A stretch of 64,000 nt of DNA from the human T2T-CHM13v2.0 reference genome, Homo sapiens. Below are positions 36,389 through 50,419 of the stretch, piece after piece. The position numbers were made by a program, and so were the translations under genes. The notes under the pieces are model-generated. The model searched no databases. It was not told where the DNA came from and saw nothing but the letters and a program-made list of their open reading frames with translations. The stretch lies in the NCBI RefSeq assembly GCF_009914755.1, contig NC_060925.1; one strand, given 5' to 3'. The stretch's first letter is position 1. Each line of letters opens with the position of its first letter.

Positions 36389-36905
36389 TCTCTCTATATA
36401 TATAAAATTTCCTTTGTGGCTTTCACAGTATCCATACTTTAAAAGAATTTATAATTAAGAAGGAATTAATACCTACCTCTGAAACAGTACAGCCAACCAA
36501 TTCCATTGTTATTTACAAGAACCTGATATTAAAGATGGTTGTAACGATAATAGGTATCAAGTATGGAGCAGTTTCTATGTGTCAGGCCCTATGTCAACCA
36601 CTTAACAACCTTACCTCACAGAAGCATCATAGCAACCCTTATTAGAAGAGGCTTTATTATGTTTTACAGGTGGGGAAACTAAGACTAAAGAAGATAACTC
36701 ATTCAAGGTCAATCAGCAAGTAAGTAGCAGAATTGGAACTCAAACCCAGGTCTAGTTTGATGATAAAGCTGTTCCTTTAAGCAATTTGCCATAACATGCA
36801 CCTAATGGGAAATGTTGCTTGGATCACTGGTTATGGCCATCATTCACGGAGATACTGAACCCGGAGTTTTCTTTAACATAGCCTTTACCCTGTAGAAACA
36901 TTTAA

Positions 36906-37290
<385 letters not shown>

Positions 37291-37688
37291 GGTATTTTGT
37301 GAAGAACAAACTATAAGGTGACTACTATTTTGGGGTCACCTTGACATGGAGGAGAGGTGAATGGAAATAAAACTTATTCTTCCCAGTGTCTTTAGAATGT
37401 AGGCGCTGAAACTGAGTGAAACTGAGTAAAACTGCCACCCAATTTTCCTGGGAACCAGCGATTCTGTAGTCAACAGAAGTTTGCTTTTCCAACAGCTGGA
37501 AACGCCAGGGTTGGGCACAGCCTCAAGAACTGAGGCTGCCTTGTTCAGACTTTCACACGGTCCCTCTGTTCCTTCCACAGAGGCCTCTTTTTCTTCTATA
37601 TCCCGCATCTGCCGCTTGGGACACTCATTCTGTAGCGCAGCACCAAGTCTTCCAAAAAGGCGGCGCTGGTTTTGCGCTCCTTTTTTAA

Positions 37689-38039
<351 letters not shown>

Positions 38040-38199
38040 AACTCTAGACAATATTTATTGCTCTACTTTTTAGTGTCTGAAGAAGAAAGAAGAGGACAGG
38101 AAAGAAACTTCAGTCTGAGGGTTGAGGACACGTCCCGGAGCAGAGGAGGACCAAGCTCCCAAGCCCCCTGTCACCTTGACACGCAGACGGTTCCCCAGG

Positions 38200-38760
38200 A
38201 CTGCGAAGAGGGGGGCAACCAGCGCCCCGCCCCGCCCCGCTGCGCCGCCCGCCATTGGCCGGTCCGAAAGACGCGGGGCGTTGTCGGTTTGAATGAGAGC
38301 GCCTGGAGCCGGGGCGCAGGCGCAGAGGAGGGCGGTGTTGAGACCGGCGGAGCGGCGGGACCCCTAGGTGGCGGAGGGACGCTCCGGGAAAGCGAGGGGC
38401 GCTACGAGCTCTGGCCCACGTGACCTGCCGGGGGCGGGAGCAGGGGGCGCGCCGGCCTCCTGCGGTGCCCCTGCCTTGGGGAGGGGCCGTGACCACCCGT
38501 CTGTCGCCCGAGGCGGCCGCCGCTGCACCTTCACCGCGTACCCGGGACCCGCCCGCCCGCGGGAGGTGAGCGCTTCCGCGACGCGGGTTCTGAGGCGTTT
38601 GAGGGGCTCTCGGAGGGAGGTGACAGGGAGGGGTGCGTGTGCGTGCGTGTGGGGCTTCTGTGTCCAGAGGTCTGGGGGTGACGTCCTTTGTTTTGGGCAG
38701 GAGGCGGGCTGGGGGCTTGCGGGACCTGTGGGCGCTGCGGGGACGCGGCGTCGATGCTCA
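38200..38760. promoter_or_regulatory. GPSM2: CpG island promoter of GPSM2 with GC boxes (38225-38240), inverted CCAAT (38254-38258), CHR TTTGAA (38288-38293), E-box CACGTGAC (38417-38424), CRE-like TGACGTC (38679-38685)
   Basis: Abrupt GC/CpG-rich segment; motifs read directly. Confidence 0.9.
38320..38565 (+). other. GPSM2: GPSM2 non-coding exon 1 (TSS approximate)
   Basis: Donor GAG|GTGAGC at 38565 inside the CpG island. Confidence 0.8.
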
Positions 38761-40888
38761 AGAAACCAGAAACTCGGCTTGAGGAGTTGCTGCTTTTTTG
38801 TCGGAAGGTCTTCAAATGAGAGTAAAGCGTTAAGAGCCTCACTCCTGAGTCTTTTTTTTTTTTAAGATAAAAACTATACTAGAGTCCAGCGACTTCTTAC
38901 CACTCTGAATGTGAGTAACAAATTGTGAATCAAAGCCCGAATCCCCGTGGAATTCATTCCGAGGCTGATTGCAATCACTTGGAGTCGGGCGCGTCCTACC
39001 TAAACCAGGCAGTTTATGGCAAATACCTGCCTTGACCGTGCTTAAATTAGTGAACTTTTGGGCACCAACTGGTCGATTTACCATAGAAATTGGTAGTTGC
39101 TGCAAAAAGAGTAAGTAAACATAAAACGTTAAGAAAACTCTTTCCTGAAATCTATAGAATACCTTCGAATAAAAAAAAATCTGTAATTTCCTTGTTTTAA
39201 TAGTAACCAGTTAGAGCATTTGAACTAGTAGCATTTGAACTCTGTTAAAGAAAACGAGTAAGGATGGAAATTTTATTGGCCTTAATGCATAATTTAACCA
39301 CACCGTAGAATTAAACGAAGTAGGTTCTTGGCTTTCCTTTCTATCGGGTTTGCATTGGAGCGTTCGTGGGGTGTGTTGGAAGTCAGCAGGACCAACAGAG
39401 CTGAGTTTTCAAGCTGCCACTTTAGAAGGGTGTACCGAAGATTTCTGGCCTGATAATAGCCGGTGTGATTGCTTCTGATAAATACCACTTTTGATTGGGT
39501 TCTCACTATTCAGGAGCAGCTTTAGTTGATTGTTTAGAAGTGAATAAACAACATTAAAAAGGGTAGATCACTGTTGGTTGACATGGTGTGTGTAAGGAGA
39601 GGGGGGCCTCAGGGATTAGGGGTGGTCTCACACCTACTTCTCTTTACAACTACCACGGAGTCGTTTTCGCAAGCTATTTCCCAGGCTATTACTTATAATT
39701 TAAGTATTGGAGCGGTTTCAAAGTAAAAAGTTGTGTGATGTTGTTGTAGAGGCATGTCTCCAAAATCCTCTCTGGCCAGATAAGCAGTTTAATTGTATTT
39801 TCTTACATTCTTAAATCAGATATTCGGTGTTACAAACATATTTTAATATAGATCTGAGACTTGCTTACTAGACTAATTAAAACAGTGATAAGATATAGTA
39901 GTTTTAAAAATGACCTTTTCATAAACATAAAATATTTCTAAGATCTATCTTTAGAAATTTGTAATTAGTTCTCTGGAATTTTAAAATGGAAAATCTGACA
40001 TAGATTTAGGTTATTCTAAATTTATTTGAATATATATTAAATATGTCTATTTTATAATAACAGTTACTGTTATTACTACAGCACTATGTTGAGTACTTTT
40101 GTTATGTATCAGAGCCAGGTGCTGGGTCAGGTGCTTTATAAATCATGTCTGTAATTATCACAGCACATTTTAGGTAAGTGTCATTATGCCCACACCAACT
40201 GAGAGTTTAGCGTAAGATCATATAACTAATAAGTCACTGTGCCGAGATTCAAATCATGGCCTGATCCCAAAGCACATGCTGTATTGCTTCTGTGTGTCTG
40301 TTTAAATCTCTGCTGTGTCTCTGGATTCCATTTGTAGGGACAAGTTCTACTTTAAAGATGCCTTTAGGTGCTGTGTTTTGTTGTAGCTTCGCAGAAATAT
40401 TTCAATCTTTCTGTTGGAACTATCTTGCTTCATTATTTTATAAATCATCTTATAAATCACATTATATTTTCAATATCTTCTTAATCATCTTTATACAAAA
40501 CATAAGTGAAGAGTAAGACTTTTCTGAGTTTCTTACATAAATATGAATAGAATCTTTACTGTGGAGAAGAAATGTATTACAGTCCGGTTTTCTCACTATT
40601 GTAGGATTCTTTGGCCTCGTCATAATTCCTGTCTTCTTCCCAGGGAAGAAATTAAAGTTTGTTGGGCCTCTCTTATGTGCAAAGCAATGTCGTTGGTGTT
40701 GTGAGATGACAAGAAAATGCTTCCTATTCAGTAGTTGTTTCTGGAGTTTTTGTAGTATTTTTCTTTTCTCCCCATTCCTGCCTTATATGTTGCTGCTGGT
40801 TTATCTTCCTAGCAGAGATCCAACTTGGCTATTCCTTTGTGGGGAAAAAATACCAGCAAGGTTCCCCATTGTGTAAATAAAAGGCTGA

Positions 40889-41159
40889 GGCCGGGTACGG
40901 TGGCTCACGCCTGTAATCCCAGCACTTTGGGAGGCCGAGGTGGGCGGATCACGAGGTCAGGAGTTCAACACCAGCCTGACCAACGTGGTGAAACCCCGTC
41001 TGTACTAAAAATACAATAGTTAGCCCAGTGTGGTGGCACACGCCTGTAATCCAAGCTACTCAGGAGGCTGAGGCAGGGAGGCGGAGGTTGCAGTGAGCCG
41101 AGATCGCGCCACTGCACTCCAGCCCGGGTGACAGATCAAGACTCCATCTCAAAAAAAAA
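40889..41159 (+). mobile_element. AluS-like with right-arm internal deletion
   Basis: gaggcagg joined directly to gaggcggagg. Confidence 0.88.
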
Positions 41160-41647
41160 GGGGGGGCTGAATATGAATATATGCTTCTGCCACATGTTCA
41201 GAGTCCCTCACAGTTTGTTACTGTTCTACCTTCTCAGCCTTCTCTTTCACTACTCTGAATACTGTGTGCTTATCCTGGAACACATTCTGTGCATTTCTAC
41301 CCTCCCTTTTTCTTGAGCCATTCTTTTCCCTTGACTGGAATGCCTTTCCTTCATTTGGCTAATAAGATCTACCCATCCTTCAAGGTGCTGTACAAAATTC
41401 CTTGCTTCCAAAAAGTTTTCCCTGGTCCTTTTCAGTTAGAATTATTATTCCCATATTATCACAAAACATTATTGAATAGAAACATTTATTTTCCCACAGA
41501 ATGGTGATAACTTTTGGGAAGAGAAGACAAAATCATGTTTAATATATTTTCCTATGGAGAATTCTAAACTCAAACTCTCTAGGGACCCTTTCTAAGCATT
41601 TATAATATTTCTGCATTTGGGATTTATTTCTGCTTTAAAATGTGTTT

Positions 41648-41935
<288 letters not shown>

Positions 41936-43287
41936 TTAGTGGAAAGGACCATTTCTTTTCTATTTCACTATTGAGCTTTAAAATTATGTATATGTATTAA
42001 TTGATTGAAGCTGATGACTGGACCATCGTTGGTAATAATAAATGGCTATGCTTACCAAAAAGGTTTATATATAGTTCAGATGATCTAACCTGGTGGCAAG
42101 AAAAGTAAATTATATTTATTGTCTGATGAATGTTACCAGTTTGTGTAGATCCATGGATGGAAGAAACAGACCAAAAACAAACAAAGAAACAGACCAAAAG
42201 TTATTGGCATTTAAGTGGCAGTCAGGATCAGATAGTTTAGATAAATTCGAAGAAGCACAAAATGTAACCTGGTTTGCAAACTTTTTACTGCCAGTGGAGT
42301 AAAGCAGGGCTAGGATTTCTTTGATAAAGAGCTAGCCTTTCTTGTCTGCTCTGATTGCATACCTTGGACAGTGCCTGGAAGTCCACCTAGCTGTCTAAAG
42401 GGAGTCTGTCTATTTTGACTTCCTAATCAGATAATTAAATGTGAGGCAGTTAGAGTTATGTACTAGTTGATCTTTCTATATGTCTCTGTCAATTCCCGGG
42501 ATATGGAAAAAATGATTGCCTTTTCTTTATGGTTAGATGCCGTGATCTAGCAATTTTGTTAATTTTGAGGTTTTTGGAGCATTGCTTGGAAGATGCTATT
42601 AAGAGACAGATTTGTTCCTTGCAGATTGTTAGTTGTAAATAGTAGTGGAGGTTGGAGGTTGAACTTGATGACTTCTCAATATCCTTTCAAACCTACAAAT
42701 TATTTTCCAGTTCTTCGTCCTGTGATTAAATTTTCTTATCCTAATGATCAAATTTGTAATTTAATATTTGTTGCAAATTTTACTAGTCTTACACTATATA
42801 CACACACATTGTATCTAGGAAGTAGGTTTGTTAACTCCATGTAATGAGGAACATGAGTGAACACATTATTGCTAAATTGGCTAGAGAGTTCTTAAAACAT
42901 GAATCATGAATCAAGAATTGCTTGTTTGTTCAGTGAATATTTTTTTGTGTGAAGTGCTACCTAATTGTTATGGAGATTGTAATGTAAGAGGCACTTTTAA
43001 AGATATTCTTCCCTTGAGAATAGTAAGACTATATTATAAATTGCTCTTATTGAAATAGTGAATAGCATTCTGTCTTCTTGCTTATTTTAATGGTCTTAGA
43101 AATGGTTCTTTCTACATGCAGTTTTCATCAAGTAAAATATTTTGCAACTTTATTTATATTCATTTACTTATTCGTTAATTTGTGAAACATGTAAATGCTA
43201 CATGTTTACATCTTAAGGAGTATGAAATTAACATTTTATAATTGCAAAATTTAGAATTTCATTAAGAACTCATGGATGAGAACAATA

Positions 43288-43585
43288 TTTTGTTTTATTT
43301 TTTTAGAGACAGGGTCTCACTCTGTGGCCCAGACTGGAGTGCAGTGGTGCAATCATCGATTACTATAACCTCCAACTCCTGGGCTCAAGCAATCCTCCTG
43401 CCTCATCCTCCCAAGTAGCTGGGGCTATAGTCACAGGCCACCACACCTGGCTGATTTTTCAATTTTTTGTAGAAACGGGGTCTTGTACGTTGCCTGGGCT
43501 GGTCTTGAACTGTTGGTCTCAAGTGATCCTTCCACCTTGGTCTCCCAAAGCACTGGGATTACAGATGTCAGCCACCGGGCCTACC
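43288..43585 (-). mobile_element. AluJ-like
   Basis: Reverse Alu. Confidence 0.88.
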
Positions 43586-43609
43586 TAAGAAAAATATTTA
43601 AATTTAATA

Positions 43610-43941
43610 TCAGTATCTGTGGGGAATTGGTTCCAGGACCCCCTGAGGATACCAAAATCCATGGATGCTCAAGTTCCTTATATAACATGGTATAGTATTT
43701 GCATATAACCTATACGCATCTTCCCACAAACTTTTAATCCTCTCTAGATTATTTATGATACCTAATACGATGTAAATGCTATGTAAATAGTTGTTATATG
43801 GTATTGTTTAGGGAACAATGCCAAGGAAAAAAGTCTACATGTTCAGTAGAGACACAACTTTTCATTTTCTTTCCTGAATATTTTTGATACGCGGTTGGTT
43901 GAATCCACTATGCAGAACCCACAGATCTGGAGGACCTACTA
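43610..43941. mobile_element. MER2-like Tigger DNA transposon
   Basis: gtatctgtggggaattggttccaggacccc...ggttgaatccac. Confidence 0.75.
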
Positions 43942-44257
43942 TAATTTAATTTAATTCTAAGGTAAGTTAATTCTAATACCTCTCTTTCTGCTCCATTTTA
44001 TAAATAACAGCCCAAACCTCATAGTGGATAACGGGAGATAATATCATTGCCAGTTTAGCTGTTTGTGTAATCTAGACGCCTTTGGAGCTATTGCAATGAG
44101 TATCCACACTAATTCCCTTTATTAATTTTTTTATTAAGGAAAAAAGAGGCACAGTGGAATTCTGAACAAAAGGAAAAGAGATTTGATGTGTTGATAGCTG
44201 CTATTTGATGTGTTGATAGCTGCTACCTTTTTGTTCTTTCTTAAAATACTGCTCCCT

Positions 44258-44430
44258 AGCCCGTGCTGTGGCATGCACCTGTAGTCCCAGCTACTTGGGA
44301 GGTTGAAGCGAGAGGATCACCAAGAGTTCCAGGCTGCAGTGTGCTATGATTGTGATGTGAATAGCCACTGTACTCCAACCTGGGCAACATAGCAAGATCC
44401 CATCTCTAAAAAAACAAAACAACAACAAAA
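44258..44430 (+). mobile_element. Alu monomer (FRAM/FAM-like)
   Basis: Single Alu arm with A-rich tail. Confidence 0.75.
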
Positions 44431-45231
44431 GATAGTGCTTCCTTTGTTGGCCAAGGGAAGAGATAAGAGGAGTACTATTTTGTGTTTCTTGCAGGCTAAA
44501 CTTGTTATTAATGTGAAAACCTCATTTCCTCTTGGAAACTTCATCAGTATTCCCAAGGCTGTTTCTTTCTACCTTCCCTCCTTTCACCTTCTGCTCTGTT
44601 CCCTATTAACTTCTAGCTGTACTTAATTAACAGAGCAGTGAGTATTCATTAGTCTGGTTTATGATATAGCTGAAATACTTAAAAGGATGTTATATAGAAG
44701 AGGAATTAGGCTTTATTGTATATGGCAGCAGAAGGAAGAAGTAGAACAAATGGGTAGAAATGGAAGAATTGCTCAAAGTATGGAACGATTTTCTTACAGG
44801 AATATTCAAAATTAAGATTAGCTGCTTTATGACCTATGTAGGAATGCTATAGTAAGATAGTGGACTAACTGACCTCTAGGATTGTTTATAACACTGAGAT
44901 TCCAGGACTTTATGATTGTATATCTACCAATTTATCTCATATATGTATATGTATATCCTTCTTTGTCTTTCTCAACTGTTATCTCAGAGGTTATAGTTTA
45001 TGTCTGATATGCTGTAGCTCTCTCTAATGTATCGGTATGGATTCATTTTTATTTAAATATTCTCAGTCTTTATCACTGAAGATTTTACCTTTATTCCTCT
45101 CTTTTTCTTTCTCACCCTCCTATTAGATATATTATAGAGCTGCTCATTTTGTCCTCCTTTTCTCTGAACTTCTCTTTATTATTTTTCATCTGCTTATTCT
45201 TTCTTTAGCTGCTTAACTAGTACATTGAGGG

Positions 45232-45577
45232 TTTGTTGTTGTTGTTGTTGTTGTTTTGGTGGGGGCAGACAGAGTTGCACTGTGTCGCCTGGGCTGGAGC
45301 GCAGTGGCATAATCTTGGCTCACTGCAACCTCCGCCTCCCGGGTTCAGGCTCACTGCAACCTCCACCTCCCGGGTTCAAGTGATTCTCATGCCTCAGCCT
45401 CCTGAGTAGCTGGGATTACAGGCTTGCATCACCACACCTGGCTAACTTTTGTATTTTTAGTAGAGACAGGGTTTCACCGTGTTGGCTAGGCTGGTCTTGA
45501 ACTCCTGGCCTCAAGTGATCACCTGTGTCTGCCTCCCAAAGTGCTGGGATTACAGGCATGAGCCATTGCACCTGGCC
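45232..45577 (-). mobile_element. AluS-like with internal 31-bp tandem duplication
   Basis: 16-bp TSD taactagtacattgag. Confidence 0.92.
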
Positions 45578-46610
45578 CTAACTAGTACATTGAGTTATTA
45601 ATATCAGTGTTCATGGTAGTTTTTTGTTTCATTTTGTTTTGGGGCAGGGTCTTGCTCTGTCAACCAGGCTGGAGTGCAGTGGCATGAATATTAATACTGT
45701 TAGTAACAGCAATCCAAAAAACTATAATCCAAATGTCCATCAACAGCAGAATGAAAAATACATTTGGTATACAATGGAATATACATGCAAGTTGTAGCTA
45801 TGCACAACAATTGAGAAAAATCTCAGAAACAACGTTCAGCAAAATCATATAAAACTAAATGGTATCTTATTTAGGACTATACTGACATTCGTGTTAAAGT
45901 TGTAAAGACAAGCAAAGGAATAAGGAACAAAATACAGTTTAGAAATCACCTTAGAGGGAAAAGGAAGGAGATGGGTTAGGTTGGACTACCCAGGAGACTT
46001 TAAAGGCAGGTAATGTTCTTATTTTAGACTGAATGGTGTTATATAAATGTTTGTTGTGTCATTCTTTTTACCATATACATATTTCCCAAATGTCTTTTGT
46101 ACCTACCCAATATTAATAAAAAACATTTTAAAGACCTTAAAGAGTTTAAGTAGAATATATTTTGAAAGCAAATGAATCCAACTATAACCGAAGTATCAGT
46201 GTGATATCTTCTTTGAAGAAATAAATTTACTGAGTTTGGAGTTGACTATTTCAAATAATTATTGAATTTTCATTTGATTTGTTAATAGTAGTTTTTAAAA
46301 GTTTGAAGCAGCAATTTTGTTTTTAGATGCTAATATGATACATACTGTTCTTTTTTGTTTATAGCAGAAAATATTACATAAAAGTATTAAATTTCAAACA
46401 TATTTTAAAAATTACAGTTCTCAAATCTCATCTATTCCCACCCCTATTTAGAAGCTCCATGATGACAGTTAAGCCCTGTGCTATCTTCTGTATTGATTGA
46501 CATGACAGCAGTCTGCAGAGTTAGCTTGTGATTATGTACAGCTCAGGGTTACTGTAGGTTGTTCTTTGAAAATAGGACTTCAAGCAAAGCATCTTGTATT
46601 CCTTTTGCAG

Positions 46611-46858
46611 AAATGTTGCTGAAGTGCTGCTGAAAGGGCCAGAGATGCAAGGATTTGGGATACATTTTGAACCTTTAAGCTGTCTGACATTGACCTCCTT
46701 TCATTATTAATAAAGAAGAATCAGGAGCTTAGGATGTATTAACACCAACTCATTAATATACTAACCGGACAATGTTCTACAAACAATTCTACATTGTAAA
46801 GGACTGGATTGGCACAAAATAAAATAATTTTATTTTATTCAGCTTATAATATGACTCG
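46611..46858 (+). other. GPSM2: GPSM2 exon 2, 5' UTR part (248 nt) containing five upstream ATGs
   Basis: Acceptor ttccttttgcag| at 46610; contiguous with the start codon. Confidence 0.85.
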
Positions 46859-46914
46859 ATGGAGGAAAATTTGATAAGCATGAGAGAAGACCATTCTTTT
46901 CATGTTCGTTACAG
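46859..46914 (+). CDS. GPSM2: GPSM2 exon 2 coding part (MEENLISMREDHSFHVRY-R)
   Basis: Recognised LGN N-terminus; donor CAG|GTAAGA; phase 2. Confidence 0.95.
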
Positions 46915-47412
46915 GTAAGACTATTGCTGTCTTAATGGATGACTTTTAATCCTTATTTTAAAGTGTTTTTAACTCTGATGACCATTTCAAGTTTCAGTTG
47001 AAAATACTCAAATATACCAGCCATAGTATTGTCTGTAGACAATATTTTCTTTTTGTTGTAAGTTTTCCTTTCTGTAAGAAAATGATAGTAGAGACCAATT
47101 ATGTACTATGGTTTGTTTAATGTTCTCTGGAAGAGTTTATGAATAATTTCTTTATAATTTGTAACTTTTTATGTAATGCAAATATGTAAATGAAATATGT
47201 TTGAAAATCTTTGGGGCTAAAAGGTGGATTTTTTAAAAATGTGGTCAGCTGAAGGACCAAACCTTTGCATTGTAATTTAATGTGATCTTTTAGACATGAA
47301 CTTTTTATTTTTGATTTATTTTTATTTTTTGTAGTGTATTGTTTTGATTCCCTTCTCATTTCCTTTTTTTGTATATTTTTTATTTTATTAATTTTACTTT
47401 TTCTATATTATC

Positions 47413-47529
47413 AGAGATGGGAGTCTCACTATATTGCCCAGGCAAGTCTCAAACTCCTGGGCTCAAGCAATCCTCCTGCCTCAGCCTCCAGAGTAGCAGG
47501 AACTACAGGTGTGTGCCACTGCACCTGGC
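47413..47529 (-). mobile_element. Alu monomer (FLAM-like)
   Basis: Single reverse arm. Confidence 0.75.
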
Positions 47530-48235
47530 TTTTTATTTTATCTTTAAAGGAAATTTTATTTCACAACCATTATTACTGTTTTAAATATGTACCTAATCCA
47601 CATTAATATAAATACATTATTATTAAAATACAAACAAGCGCTGTTCAAAAGAAATGTCATTTTTAAGCTTAATGTCTAGTGACATTTTGTGTTGTTTTGC
47701 TGATTTAATACTTAAGACCACATTTTTACATGAAGTAGTGGTTTGGTAATCCCTAATTTACTCCAGAAAGCAAGTCAGGCTGAGGAAAGGCACCCACATG
47801 CATTCTCTCACAAGCTTCACGGGAGAAATTCCCTAGGGAAATGGCCTGGCTCCTCTAGGACTTACAGTGTTCCCTTGGATGCCCAAATGGATTGTCTACA
47901 TTCCTGGTAGAAGGTTGCAGATTGTAAGGACCAGTGTTCCCACCTTTGTTCTGCATCCACAAGTGTCTTTCACAAATACAACACACTCCCTTTGGCTACA
48001 CCTTATATATAATAGGTTATGCACATGTATGTGTGTTGGTGGGGGTGGATGCTTCCCACTGATCTAGATCAGGATCCAAATCAGACATACACATCAGGAA
48101 AGGAGGGAAGATAGCCAGGAAGTGATAGCTGGGCAGAATGAAGGTACAGAATGGGCAGGTCTTCCTGATTTTTCAGAAGAGCCCAGGAAATCTGAAAATC
48201 TGAAGAGTGTGTGTGTGTGTGTTTTTGTGTTTTTG

Positions 48236-48537
<302 letters not shown>

Positions 48538-49387
48538 TAAATCTTTATTGTGCTGTCTCCAAATTCTGAAATGTTGGCAGCTAATGCAAATTTTTTTTTA
48601 AAAATGTGGGTTGAACATTTTAAGGAGGAGAAAGAGGCCTGTAACAGACACAACTCTCTAAAAAACCACACAGGCAGGTGGGGGAGGTAGAGCTCAAGGT
48701 TTTGAGAAAGCTGCTCTCCAGGACGTAACATACACTTACCCTGGGACTCCGAGGCGCTAACCCTCCTGCACCTCGAGGCCCAGAGCACCAAGTGCGATGT
48801 CCCCATCTCCTGGCCTTGCCCACCTCATTGCCCTCCATATCTCCTCATCACACCTTCGATTCCCCAAACCCCATAGGTTTCTCTGCCTCCCAGACTTTGC
48901 CCCTTATTCCTTGGATGGCCTAGAATGCCATTACCTGCCATCCTCCCAGGCACTGCCTGTTGCAAGCCAGGCTCCCATTCTCATTCCTCACTCCTAGAGG
49001 GTTGCATACAGACCTTCCTATTGCACCCTTCTAGATGGGCTGCTTAGGTCAGTGTCACCCACAGACACCATGCACCCAGTGACAGTCTGTGAGAGCATGC
49101 AGCCTACCCCCATCCGTGTGTGGAGCTCAGCCTTCATAAATGAGCATCTTGAAGGAATGGGTATTAAATAAAGTCGGAATAGGTGGGTACTTTGTAAACA
49201 TGATAACCAATAGCCAGTTTAATATTTAGTGTTAAATATTAATGACATCTCTAATGCAATTAGGAACAAAACAAGGCTATCTGCACTATGATTATTAATA
49301 TTCTGCAAGTTCTGGTAATTGCACTAAACGATAAAATAAATGCAAACTTAAATATTATCATCATTTAATAAGGTGATTAGGGAATAT

Positions 49388-49984
<597 letters not shown>

Positions 49985-50419
49985 TAATAGATTCTTTATC
50001 AAAACTGTTACAAGTTAATTATTAGATGAACATCAGAATATAGTAGCAATTAATAGAATTCAAAATCTCAGGAGGGTGTACCAAATTTTAGATGTCTTAA
50101 CATATTTAGGAAATGGGAGATTTATCATCCTGTAAATAGTTCACGTTAGGAAGGTTCATGCCAAGGAAGTTAACATAGGTAAGATGAGGACATTTCTATT
50201 AAAAAAGAGTTTCAAGTAAAATAAAATGGAAGACATTTAAGATAATTAAGATGAGCTTTTAATATACGAAATGCTGCCATCCTACCCTTTACATAAATTT
50301 CCAGAAACCTGGGAATTATATACTTTTTTCTTTTCTCATTCTGTATCCAGCATGAAGTATTGCTGGTTTCATCTCCTAAATGTTTCTCAGATTCATCTAC
50401 TCATGTGCATCCTCCCAGT

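Noticed and set aside
38058-38865. 121-165 aa ORFs over the CpG island
   Set aside because: Stop-poor GC-rich sequence, non-ATG starts, cross the exon 1 donor, no recognisable domain
39215-39241. Duplicated agcatttgaact containing two TTTGAA
   Set aside because: Too far from the TSS for a functional CHR; simple slippage duplication
46816-46836. AAAATAAAAT-A-ATTTTATTTT inverted repeat and AATAAA motifs in the GPSM2 5' UTR
   Set aside because: AT-only, weak and expected by chance; no evidence of cleavage, and a strong donor follows
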